The notes: a model not told the origin generated them from the letters alone. Positions 1 to 10,350 are shown, counted from the first letter of the whole stretch. The stretch: 62,710 nucleotides of DNA, filler included, from a bacterium (GCA_027063545.1; 21 parts of 21 records of this genome joined end to end with filler, not necessarily neighbours in it), one strand, 5' to 3'. Translations and numbers: made by a program.

Positions 1-1
1 A

Positions 2-1744
2 CAAGACTTTTTTAAGAGAGAATGATGAATTAAATTAGACGAATTAGCAGATAAACAAATAGTTAGAATTAAAAATTCTTTTGAGGTATATTATAATCAT
101 CCTTACTTTGAATGAGATATAAATGAAATATCCGCCACTATAATGACATTTCTTTGGATAATTGAGTTTCTAAAAATATCTTCAGACATAACTGGTCCAT
201 ATAATGATTTTATTAAAAATATATCTTTGCATGCTGCGATATGACAAATAACAGATGTAATGTCATTACTGCCAACAACTAAAAATATAGGGTTATTAGT
301 ATATATTTTTGCTAAAAAAAATTTCAATGAAATGCTTAATGAATTAGAAAGACTTTGACAAGAATTATGAGTTTCATTATCATGAGAACAAATTTTAAAA
401 TTTGATGAATCCTGGTCTAGGTTGTCTGATTATTATCAAAGGAAAATAAAGGAAGTACTAAAAGAGACTATTTATACACCTTATTCTATTGTACAAAAAC
501 AATTATGAGATGCTGTAGAATATACTCTATTAAATAAGGAAATACTATTTCTAATGAGAGTAAAGAAAATAGCAAAATTTAATGTTTCAAATATTTGATT
601 TGTGATTTGACCTATTATTAATGGGTTAGGTAGATTATCTTCTGTGGAAGAATTATTAAATTTCTTTATTTATCTAACAGAAGATCAATCTACTTTATCC
701 CAGAAATATCCTGAAATAGAAAAATTTAAAAATATTACTGAAATTATAAATATTAGAAAGAAAACTGTAGATGAATGAAAAAGATTATTAGAGAGATTTC
801 TTTGATTATATTGAACTCTTAACCAAAAAGAAATGTTATATTTACCTGAAGAATATATCCAGTTTTTATTTCTTATAAGTAAAGAAAAATTTAATTTTAA
901 AGAATATTTAGAACTAGACTCAAAATTTATTGAATTATCTAATAAATGAATTATTCAAACTAAAAAGGATTTATATAAAATATGATTAGATTATTGAATT
1001 TCTGATGAATATATCAGACTTTATAATAAAAATATTTTTAGTTTTATCAGCCCTTTTAATGGATTAATTGCATCTAAAATATCAGATACATATGATATAT
1101 CTACTATTGTTTTATCTGCAATTAAAGATCCTTATCTTAGATTTCATGGGTCTTGAAGATGAATTGGAAATATAAATCTAAATACGCTTCTTCAAGATCT
1201 AAAATGAATTTTATTACAATACTGAATTAATATTAACGGATGAGGACATTCTGATGCTGTAGGTTTAGAAATGGAATACGACACTTGAAAAAGAGTATTT
1301 TATTATGAAGATATTCTAGATCTATATTACTTTATTCAAAGTATTATTAAACAATATTTAGATTGATATTTATTTCCAAATTGAAATATTAATGAAGAAG
1401 CTATTTATGATTTCTATAAACCTATAGTTTATAAAAAACTAATTTTAAAATATTCTTGACAAGATATTATTTGACTATTAGATGAATTAATGTTTTTGGC
1501 GGATAAATGGACTATCTTTGGTAATTGATTTAGCTGGAAACCAGTATATATTCCTATAGATATATTTTTTAATACATTATGGAATTCTAATAAGATTAAA
1601 AATTTTGATAATATAAATTTTCAAATCTGATGAAAGTATTTATATGCTGATATTTATATGAGAAAAATTTATAAAAATTTAATTAAAGATAAAGATTTAA
1701 ATTGATTGTTAGAAGAGTTTAGTTATGTTAAAATAGATGTTATG
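2..1744 (+). CDS. recJ: RecJ-like DHH/DHHA1 ssDNA exonuclease encoded with TGA=Gly (translation table 25); truncated at both ends
   Basis: Frame +2 has no TAA/TAG over 581 codons but 30 TGA. Reading TGA as Gly gives RecJ motifs in the canonical order: AAI[G]QITDVMSL, NI[G]FVI[G]PIINGLGRL, INIRK, GLIASKISDTYDISTIVLS, GS[G]R[G]IG, G[G]GHSDAVG, IFGN[G]F. The supplied ORF track misses it. Confidence 0.9.
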
Positions 1745-1844
1745 NNNNNNNNNNNNNNNNNNNNNNNNNNNNNNNNNNNNNNNNNNNNTTAATTAATTAA
1801 NNNNNNNNNNNNNNNNNNNNNNNNNNNNNNNNNNNNNNNNNNNN
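1745..1844. other. Artificial contig-joining linker (N44-TTAATTAATTAA-N44), first of 20
   Basis: An identical 100-nt linker with stops in all six frames also starts at 3587, 5426, 7239, 17725, 19521, 21316, 23108, 24879, 35163, 36928, 38690, 40448, 50626, 52366, 54098, 55825, 57551, 59273 and 60995. Confidence 0.99.
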
Positions 1845-2648
1845 CATTACAGCTATACCATGGGATACTACCTTATACTTTCCTGCAGTTTCTATTACAT
1901 GTCCAAAGGTATGTCCATAATTTAATAATCTTCTTAACCCCTTTTCCTTTTCATCTGCACTTACAACTTGGGATTTTATCTTTACATTATTGTATATTAA
2001 ATCTATTAGAAGATTTTTTCTCTCTTCTTTAATTAATTCAACTATATTATTATTTTCAATAATATCCCTTAAAATCTTATTCCCACTTATAAAATAGTGT
2101 TTTATTATCTCTCCTATACCATTTAATATGTTTTTTAAATCTAAAGTTGATAACAAATTTAAATCTATAAAAACAGCATCTGGTTGGTAAAATGTTCCTA
2201 TTAAATTTTTACCAAGTTTATGATTGATACCTGTTTTCCCTCCCACTGAAGAATCAACCATTGAAAGCAGTGTAGTAGGAACTTGTATTAAATTTATACC
2301 TCTGTATAAAGTACTTGCTACAAATCCAGCTATATCACCAACAACCCCTCCCCCAAAAGCAATAATACAGCTCTTACGAGAAAGGGAAGAATCAATAAAA
2401 AAGTCAATTGCACTATAATAAGTCTCTATATTTTTATATTCTTCTCCATCTCTCATTTTAAATATTGTATTAATTTGACTAAAAAGAGATATATCTTTAT
2501 AAATATCATAAATTGTTTCATTGGTAAAAATACCAACCTTATCACTTTTTATATTTGTTTCAATAAAATCTAATATCGAGTCTACAATATTATAAGATAT
2601 ATAAATATCATAAACCTTACTTTTGGCATTAACCTTTAATATTTTCAT
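1845..2648 (-). CDS. aroB: 3-dehydroquinate synthase (3'-truncated)
   Basis: GGGVVGDIAGFVAS, PTTLLSMVDSSVGGKTGIN, KNLIGTFYQP and LNYGHTFGH motifs; follows aroK. Confidence 0.97.
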
Positions 2649-3159
2649 CCTTTATTATCCTTATTATGTTTTCTACAACCTCAGGTATTGAATCCTCTAA
2701 ATTACTCCTTACAGTATAATGAGCCTGTTTGTATAAAGGTAATCTCTTCTCTAATAGAGTTTTAATCTTTTCTATCTTCTGTTCTTCTGTTAATCCTGCC
2801 AGTAAAGGTCTATTTTGATCACCTTTAACCCTATGATAAATACTTCTTACATCTGCATCCAAAAATATTAAAATTCCATTTTTCTTTATATAATCAATTA
2901 CATTCTTATTTTGTAATGTGCCTCCACCTAAAGATAATACAATATTATCAATACCTTCTAAAGTTTCCTTTAAATATTTTATTTCAATCTCTCTAAAATA
3001 CTTCTCCCCATATTCTTTAAAGATATCTGGTATAGATCTTTTTTCCTTTTGGATAATATACTCATCTAAATCTATAAACTTATATCCTAACTTTTTAGCT
3101 AATTCCCTTCCAATATATGTTTTTCCACTTCCCATAAATCCTGTTAATATTATCCTCAT
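2629..3159 (-). CDS. aroK: Shikimate kinase
   Basis: GFMGSGKT P-loop, DLD, GEKYFR, LGGG, RPLL. Confidence 0.96.
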   Translation of the reverse strand: MRIILTGFMGSGKTYIGRELAKKLGYKFIDLDEYIIQKEKRSIPDIFKEYGEKYFREIEIKYLKETLEGIDNIVLSLGGGTLQNKNVIDYIKKNGILIFLDADVRSIYHRVKGDQNRPLLAGLTEEQKIEKIKTLLEKRLPLYKQAHYTVRSNLEDSIPEVVENIIRIIKDENIKG

Positions 3160-3586
3160 GTTAATTTCTCCATTAAATAACCCTTTAATGAATCAATATA
3201 TATATGACGTAAATGCCCATACTCTGCAATACTAATTCTTCCTGTTTCCTCTGATAAAATAATAGATATAGCATCTGTTTCTTTAGTAATTCCAACACCA
3301 GCTCTATGTCTTGAACCCACATGATAATGGGATACATAATCACTAGGAATCTCAGCTAGAGGCAACATACATCCGGCTTGTATAATCTTATTGGATTTTA
3401 TTATAACAGCTCCATCATGTAAAGGCGTATCTTTATAAAAGATAGTTACTAATAAATCCTTCTTAACATCTGCATTAATAAAAACACCCCTTTGTTGTAC
3501 ATTATCTGATACATTTATATTCCTTTCTATAACTATAATAGCTCCAAATTTTAACTCCTGCAATTCCTTAATAGCTTCTATTATCT
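3156..3586 (-). CDS. cdaA: Diadenylate cyclase (DisA_N/DAC domain, CdaA-like), 5'-truncated
   Basis: TPLHDGAV (DGA) and GSRHRAG (RHR) catalytic motifs, SEETGRIS; frame open to the contig edge. Confidence 0.9.
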
Positions 3587-3687
3587 NNNNNNNNNNNNNN
3601 NNNNNNNNNNNNNNNNNNNNNNNNNNNNNNTTAATTAATTAANNNNNNNNNNNNNNNNNNNNNNNNNNNNNNNNNNNNNNNNNNNNT

Positions 3688-4692
3688 AAAAAAAGAATAA
3701 ATGATATTAAATTACCTTCTAAAATAGACTTTGAAGAAAATATAGATAATATTTTGGTTGTTTCAAAACAAATAGAAGACTATATGCAGTCTCATATTAG
3801 AGGGAACTTTAGAATTGATCATAGTGCTATTACTTGTGCTTCTATTGCGGGTATGCTTTATTTAGTCGGGCAAGTGAGTAGATTGGTATCTCAACCAGGA
3901 AATTACAAAATATCGAAAAAATTAAAATACAATAAGCATTTTGGCTTAAAAAACGCAGATGATAAATTGAAATATTTGTTTTATGAGATAGGGTACTGGC
4001 AATATTTTGGAATTGGAAAGCCATATCATATTGAAAAAAACATCAAAGAAAATTATTTTTTATCTATTGAGAGTAATAGTAAAAGTGATATAAAACTTTT
4101 GAATAAAATTAAAAAATTTATTAAAGGAAAAGTATCTATATTCGATAGTTATGTGAAGGAATATAAGTTTGATGATGCCATTAAAGAAGCAATGGGAAAT
4201 GCACTGGAGCATGCGTATACAGAAGATTTTCTTCAACCAGGTAAGATAAAAGGAAAATGGTGGATTTGTGGACATTATGATAATATTTGTAAAACATTAG
4301 AGTTAGTATTTTATGATTATGGTATTGGTATTAGAGAGTCTATGAAGAATAATATGGGTGAAGAAGCTAAAATATTTCTCATGGATAAATTATCTGATAA
4401 ATTTATAAAAAACGATGCCGATTTAATTGGTGTTGCGATGGAAGGTAAATTATCAAAATACAAACGCTACAAAGAGCGAGATCGAGGAAAAGGTTTCCAA
4501 AGATTTAAAGATTTTGCTAGAAGTTCTGAATTAGATTGTGAGTTGAGTGTTGTTTCAGGATCGGGATTATATAAATATATATATCAATATAACAAAAATA
4601 TAGAAACGGTAAAAAAGAAAACATTATCTAATAGTATTGATGGTATGTTAATTAAGTGGAAAATTAAGATAGGAGATAGAGATGGAGCGTAA
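3688..4692 (+). CDS. GHKL (HATPase_c) ATPase/Ser kinase with an N-terminal STAS-like region, 5'-truncated
   Basis: N-box EAMGNALEHAY, G1 YDYGIGI, G2 RGKGF, then SVVSGSG and GMLIKW; frame open to the contig edge. Confidence 0.8.
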   Translation, partial: KKRINDIKLPSKIDFEENIDNILVVSKQIEDYMQSHIRGNFRIDHSAITCASIAGMLYLVGQVSRLVSQPGNYKISKKLKYNKHFGLKNADDKLKYLFYEIGYWQYFGIGKPYHIEKNIKENYFLSIESNSKSDIKLLNKIKKFIKGKVSIFDSYVKEYKFDDAIKEAMGNALEHAYTEDFLQPGKIKGKWWICGHYDNICKTLELVFYDYGIGIRESMKNNMGEEAKIFLMDKLSDKFIKNDADLIGVAMEGKLSKYKRYKERDRGKGFQRFKDFARSSELDCELSVVSGSGLYKYIYQYNKNIETVKKKTLSNSIDGMLIKWKIKIGDRDGA

Positions 4693-5020
4693 GAAATATA
4701 ATTTTGCAGAAGAATTTACAAAAAACCCAGGACTTCGTTTTAGAAAATTGAGCGAATTCTCAGGAGAAGAGTTTAGAGAAGAAGTATTAGAAAATTTTTT
4801 TAAGAAAGACCAAAAAGTCATTATAAATGTTGATGGTATCGAAAGCTCATTAGGGTCTTCATTCCTTTCAGAAGCATTCGGAAATATTGCTGTAAAATAT
4901 GGTAAGGATAAATTCATGGATATTATTCAAATTGATACATCTTCAGATATTGGATATGTGACCAATGAAGAGATGTTAAAAAGAGTAGATGAGGCTATTC
5001 GAAGAGCCAATGGAAAATAA
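4682..5020 (+). CDS. STAS-like (DUF4325-type) small protein
   Basis: PGLRF..LSEFSGEEFREE, INVDGI, GSSFLSEAFG signature; AGGAG RBS; overlaps the upstream kinase gene. Confidence 0.85.
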   Translation: MERKKYNFAEEFTKNPGLRFRKLSEFSGEEFREEVLENFFKKDQKVIINVDGIESSLGSSFLSEAFGNIAVKYGKDKFMDIIQIDTSSDIGYVTNEEMLKRVDEAIRRANGK

Positions 5021-5420
5021 TATATTTTTAACTTTATTACCTATTTTAGTGTCAATATTTTCTGTTTGGTTTGCATATAGAGCAAATTCCATAAATGCAG
5101 AATTAGCTCAAGAAAATTTTAAAAACTCTTTAATAGATAAGCTGAAAAATGCTAAATATATGATATTACAACTTGAAGCAAAGAATTATGAGCATAGGGA
5201 AAAGATGTTGCTGATTGATACAATAATGGATCATTTGTTATATCAGCAAAACAACCAACAAAAAGAAAAATATTTAACAGCTTTGGAAAGAAATACTTTA
5301 TCAAACCTACAGGAAGAAGTTGAAGACAATATTGGGATTTTTTTGAGTACTAATAGTGGTTCTGAAGATAACAAGAACTTAGCAATTAATGCAATTAAAA
5401 ATTATTTAAAAGATTTATAG
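5010..5420 (+). CDS. Hypothetical protein with one N-terminal TM helix and a helical C-terminal domain
   Basis: Hydrophobic IFLTLLPILVSIFSVWFAY; ATG at 5010 overlaps the end of the STAS gene. Confidence 0.65.
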   Translation: MENNIFLTLLPILVSIFSVWFAYRANSINAELAQENFKNSLIDKLKNAKYMILQLEAKNYEHREKMLLIDTIMDHLLYQQNNQQKEKYLTALERNTLSNLQEEVEDNIGIFLSTNSGSEDNKNLAINAIKNYLKDL

Positions 5421-5525
5421 CAAAGNNNNNNNNNNNNNNNNNNNNNNNNNNNNNNNNNNNNNNNNNNNNTTAATTAATTAANNNNNNNNNNNNNNNNNNN
5501 NNNNNNNNNNNNNNNNNNNNNNNNN

Positions 5526-5767
5526 TGAGTGTATTCCCCGGTTTTGGAGGTCAGAAGTTTATTGATGATAGTCTTGATAATTTAAGAAAATTAAAAGATT
5601 ATAAAGAGAGCCAAAATTTAGATTTTCTAATAGAGATAGATGGAGGAATAAATCAGGATACTATAGAATTAGCAGTAAAAAATGGAGCAGAAGTTTTGGT
5701 TGCAGGCTCATATACTTTTAAGGGGAATTATAAACAAAAAATAGAGTCTTTAAAGGTAAATAGATAA
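5526..5767 (+). CDS. rpe: Ribulose-phosphate 3-epimerase, C-terminal fragment
   Basis: Own translation: SVFPGFGGQKF...IEIDGGIN...GAEVLVAGSY; stop TAA at 5765-5767; not in the ORF track. Confidence 0.93.
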
Positions 5768-5782
5768 AAAAGGAGTGTCTGA

Positions 5783-7238
5783 ATGAGATTCTTAATATAT
5801 TTTTTTCTAACATCTTCAAATTTAATTTATTCTTATTATAATGATATCTTTTATAATGATGTTATTGATTCTTTAAGATTTAATCTTTATAAGTTAGAAA
5901 ATTTTTACTCTTATTTTCCTTTAAATAACAATGTTTCATATTTAAAGGTTGATTATCAAAGTTTTAAGATGGAAGATTATAATGATTGGAGTATAAAAGA
6001 GAATGTTCTTCCGTACTTTGAATATGTTTCCCATAATGAAGATAGATTTGATATTTTAATTAGTTATAAAAGATTAGCAGATGTGTTAATTTTAAACTCT
6101 TCAGATAGTATTTATTATAAAAACTCTATGAATAAATTAGATTTCTTTTGGATTATAGGTAATCCTAAAACAAAAGCAGGACTTTTAATAAATATTTTAA
6201 TAGGTAATGGATATTTCTATTCAAATTATCCTTACTCTGCTTATGATTATGATATTCCATTAATAGGAGGGATAAAATTTGGTTTTGTTTCAAGGACAAC
6301 CCCAACTCCTAACTTAGGAATAAATTTTGAACTATATTTTGATGGAGCAGGTGATAGTATATCTTATATTGATGAGACAAGAAATTATATTGATGGAAGT
6401 GTAAGAGGCGATTTTATGCCAGATGTAAATTTTAGTTTAGATTATAAAACTGAGAAGTTTTTTACAATGGGATTTTTAAAATATTATACCTATTCAAGAA
6501 TTCAAAATACTCATTTTTATTATAATGAAACAGATGTAAAGCCTAAAACTCGCGTAGATCAAAACACCACAAGTATTTTAAGTTATGGTGTATATGGTAG
6601 TTATTATTTGAGAGAATTTAATCATTATTTTTTAGGACTAACCTTTAAAAAATCAAAAACTCAGTTTTATAAGCCAACAGAGGATAATAATTTCCCAACA
6701 TCTCATGGTGATATAATTGATAGTTTATATTATAAGTATAGTTTATTTACCTTTCCTTTAGGTTTAGATTATTTTTATAATAAGTTTAAATTTTATTTTA
6801 AAATAGAATATAGTAGTGTTAAGTTTGATGTTGGTAGTTTTGTTGAGGATAGAAATCTTTTTAGCAGTAGTTTTTTTCCTCCAGAGGATAACATAACATA
6901 TAGATACCCTATAGATATAGATTTTACTAAAGAGAAAGAATCTGGTTATAAGATAAACTTTTTATCAGAGTTTGAAGTTAATAAAAATATAACAATTTAT
7001 TTACCTTTGGGATTTATTAAAGCAATAAAAGAAGGAGATTTATTTTCAGGTGATTTTTTAGCCTATACAAAGGTGACAAATTTTGCTGATCAAGAGATGA
7101 ATTTAGGGCTTTTATATAATACTTCTTCAAAGGCAGGGGATCTTTATTATTTCCCAACAGGTTATTACAATTCAACAACAGATATGTTTTTTGTTAAGCC
7201 TTTATACCAAAAATATTTTGGTTTAGGTTTTGATGGAG
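5783..7238 (+). CDS. Hypothetical exported/outer-membrane protein (3'-truncated)
   Basis: AGGAG RBS; Tyr/Phe-rich alternating beta-strand patterns; no recognised family. Confidence 0.6.
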
Positions 7239-7338
7239 NNNNNNNNNNNNNNNNNNNNNNNNNNNNNNNNNNNNNNNNNNNNTTAATTAATTAANNNNNN
7301 NNNNNNNNNNNNNNNNNNNNNNNNNNNNNNNNNNNNNN

Positions 7339-8252
7339 ATCCAGTAGTTAGATACTAAATCATATTTATGATATTCTAAAGGTAAACCTATGGTAAAATT
7401 ACCGTTAATTTTATACCCTGGTTCTACATAAATAAAATAGTCTTCATCTGGTATAAAATCTAAAACCTTATCATCATCTAATTTCTTATATACTGATGTT
7501 GAAATATAATACTTATCAAAATCAAAGTTACTTTCTACAAGAAAATTTAATCCTGAGGAATCAGATTTTTTCATATATCCTAAATCAAATTTCAAATCAA
7601 AAAAATTCTTTTTAACCTTAAATTCAACACCTGCATTTATTATTGTATCAAAATCTATTTTCTTTAAAGTAAAAATAGTTTGTGATTCTATTTTAAAATC
7701 TTTCTCTGTAGTATTTTTATAAGTTAAAATTAATCCACCTTCCCTAGATCCCTTTTCATCATCTAAAGCACCTATAAAAAATCCTAAATCCAAAGAATCA
7801 TATACCATTTTATTTATCTGTATCCCCCTTACATATTGCTCTGGAGTAATAACACTTTTTCTTAACTTATAATAGTAGTAATTAAATGTTCCAAATTGAT
7901 AAGCTAAATCACCAACAATCCAGCTTAACCCTACAAGATTAAACTCAAGCCATGCACCATCAAAAGCTATATTTGTCCATCTTTGATTAGAAGTTACAAG
8001 ACCTACTGGTGGATATATAGCCTCTCCTGCTGTATCTTCAGTAGTAGCACTAATAGCTAAATTAACCTTTACATCTTCTGAAAATTCTTTTGTAATAGTT
8101 ACTCCTAAATCATGAGAATTATAAGACTCTCCCGTTTGAAAATCATACCAAACATCACCATCAAAATCACCTGAAATTTTAATATTTCCGTCTTCAGCAT
8201 ATAGAGTAGTGAATCCTATTACCATTAGCATTACTAAATACCACCTTTTCAT
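7339..8252 (-). CDS. Putative outer-membrane beta-barrel/porin (3'-truncated)
   Basis: Signal peptide MKRWYLVMLMVIGFTTLYA, start of a porin-like IKISGDF strand, amphipathic strands; GGAGG RBS. Confidence 0.65.
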
Positions 8253-8306
8253 ACAACCTCCTTTGTTTTAAACTTTTTTATTTTTCATTTTATTATTTTT
8301 TCTAGT

Positions 8307-8323
8307 AGCAAATATAATACCAA
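8307..8323 (-). promoter_or_regulatory. sigma54 (-24/-12) promoter motif upstream of the porin-like gene
   Basis: Minus strand TTGGTATTATATTTGCT: GG-N10-GC, 55 nt upstream of the start codon. Confidence 0.6.
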
Positions 8324-8506
8324 TTTTTTATCTTTTTTTTAATATAAATTCATTATTTGTTTTATGCATATAATATATATACATTTTTGTTTATATATTA
8401 TATTTTTTAAATTTTAAAAAAAAAGTTAGATATATCTAACTATTATTATTTTGACAGAAAAAATTAGTATTTTTAAACCTTAAAGTCAATAATTTATTTT
8501 TTTTAT

Positions 8507-9130
8507 ATGGTTCACTTTGAGAATATAAAAAAAGATATAAAAAATCTTAAAATATTCTCTAAAGGCTGGAGAGGTCTTATTTTTACCGGATTCTATAATA
8601 ATGAAAAGGTAGCTATTAAAGTTGCCAATCGAAAAGAGGTTATAGAAAATATAAAAATCGAGATAGATAATATTATGTTATTAAGATCTAAAAATTTTTA
8701 TAATATTCCTGAAATTATTGAATATGGAGAGGATTTTTTTATATATAAATTTATAGATGCATTTACGTTAAAAGAGGTATTTACCTCTATAGACTTGGAA
8801 CAAAAAAAAAATATTCTAATTAAAATATTGAATGTTTTATATCAATGGGACAAAATAGGTTTTTTTAAAAACGAATTAAAAAAATTAACCACTAATATCC
8901 TAATTTCAAATAAACTTGATGTATATTTTATTGATTTTGAAAAATCTAGGCAAAATAAATTCTATAAAAATATACCACAATATATTCAGTTTCTTAAAAA
9001 TTTAAATATTCTATCAATGGATGAGGTTTTATATTTCGGTAAAAATTATAAAAGTAATCCTGATAAAATTTATATAATATTAAAAGATAAAATTTTGTCA
9101 TCAAAAAAAGATTTTTCTACTTTATTTTAA
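8507..9130 (+). CDS. Small Ser/Thr protein kinase-like protein (RIO/Bud32-like fold, COG2112-type)
   Basis: SKGWRGLIF Gly-loop, VAIK, alphaC Glu, NILI and FIDFE. Confidence 0.7.
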   Translation: MVHFENIKKDIKNLKIFSKGWRGLIFTGFYNNEKVAIKVANRKEVIENIKIEIDNIMLLRSKNFYNIPEIIEYGEDFFIYKFIDAFTLKEVFTSIDLEQKKNILIKILNVLYQWDKIGFFKNELKKLTTNILISNKLDVYFIDFEKSRQNKFYKNIPQYIQFLKNLNILSMDEVLYFGKNYKSNPDKIYIILKDKILSSKKDFSTLF

Positions 9131-9168
9131 TTTTTATTTTTTACTAAATTTTAAAAAAGGAGGTTATT

Positions 9169-9615
9169 ATGCCAAAAATTTTAATAATAGTAGGGAGTAA
9201 ATCTGATCTACCAAAGGTTGAAAAGTATCTATCTGTTTTAGAGGAGTTAAATTTAGAATATCAGTTAGAGGTAGCCTCTGCTCATAGAACACCTGAAAAA
9301 GTTAAAGAATTAGCAGAAACAGCAAGAGAAAAAGGATTTGAAGTTATAGTAACAGGTGCTGGGCTTGCAGCAGCACTTCCTGGAGTAGTAGCTGCTCATA
9401 CAACACTGCCTGTTATTGGAGTTCCCATAGCAGCAGGTGCTTTAAATGGCATTGATGCCTTGTATTCAATCGTTCAAATGCCACCTGGTATACCTGTTGG
9501 CACAATGGGAATTGATAACTTTAGAAATGCATTTATTTACGCTGCACATATTCTATCTGTTAAATATCCAGAAATAGAACAATCGCTAAAAAAGTATAGA
9601 GAAAATCATAAATAG
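9169..9615 (+). CDS. purE: N5-carboxyaminoimidazole ribonucleotide mutase
   Basis: GSKSD, VASAHRTP, GAGLAAALPG, PVIGVP, SIVQMPPGIPV. Confidence 0.97.
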   Translation: MPKILIIVGSKSDLPKVEKYLSVLEELNLEYQLEVASAHRTPEKVKELAETAREKGFEVIVTGAGLAAALPGVVAAHTTLPVIGVPIAAGALNGIDALYSIVQMPPGIPVGTMGIDNFRNAFIYAAHILSVKYPEIEQSLKKYRENHK

Positions 9616-9637
9616 TAAAAAAAAGAGTAATATAAAT

Positions 9638-9666
9638 AGGGAGGATTCTCCTCCCTTTTTTCTTTT
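9638..9666 (+). terminator. Intrinsic terminator after purE
   Basis: AGGGAGGA-TTC-TCCTCCCT stem-loop followed by a T-run. Confidence 0.8.
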
Positions 9667-9760
9667 ATATCCCAATATCTAATTTCTTTTTATTCAATAC
9701 ATAAAAAAATTGTTAAATATTTTTTTCTCTATTCGTATAATCATATTGAAAACTAAAAAA

Positions 9761-10110
9761 AGAGGTATTTTATGTATGACATTACATTTACTTTATACTC
9801 TAATAACAGACAAAAATCCATTTTGTTCAACCTATTGTCCTCGGTGATCATTTTTATCTATAATAATGGAGAAAATCTCAATGAAATGGGAAATTTCCCC
9901 TTTTATTAAATCTAAATATACTAGATATGCTGTTTTATATATTTTATTATGTTCCTTTCCATTGGATCTTAAAAAGTCTAGAAAATGGTATAACTACAGG
10001 CTATGTAATTTCTACTATATTTTTTATCATTTTTGCTATTTTATATCAACCTAGAACATGGGGTAGTATATGCCAAATTGGTGTTAGGTTAAGATTTTTA
10101 CAAAAATATA
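9761..10110 (+). pseudogene. Decayed 4Fe-4S-binding membrane protein (Fer4_5-type); boundaries approximate
   Basis: One frame reads GILCM...FCSTYCPR*SFLSIIMEKIS (TGA at 9845 where CxxxCPRGSF is expected). After a frameshift it reads ILYQPRTWGSICQIG, a degenerate PRTWCxxCPxG. Confidence 0.7.
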
Positions 10111-10350
10111 ATCTAACACATGTAATTAATCCAATCTATGTTATTAAATATCAAAAAATTGTAATATCTTTCATAGTAATTATTGATGCAAAAACACCCA
10201 CTGATTATGAAAATTATTTAATAACCTCTAATAGTAGCTATAATTTCTACCAAAATAATATCAATAAAAAAGATTATAGCTACAACTTTATTAATCAAAA
10301 AATTAAGAAATATAAAAAACAATATAGATCCAGAAAATGGGAAAAGAGAG

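Noticed and set aside
103-327. 74-aa minus-strand ORF
   Set aside because: Antisense shadow of the recoded RecJ frame.
2-1744. Contig 1 as a pseudogene, a TGA=Trp gene or a selenoprotein
   Set aside because: All 30 interruptions are TGA, with no TAA/TAG or frameshift, and they fall on conserved Gly positions; TGG supplies Trp.
9845-9847. TGA at a conserved Gly as evidence of recoding in the main genome
   Set aside because: The same contig ends prfA with TGA, and the gene has other lesions, so this is a nonsense mutation.
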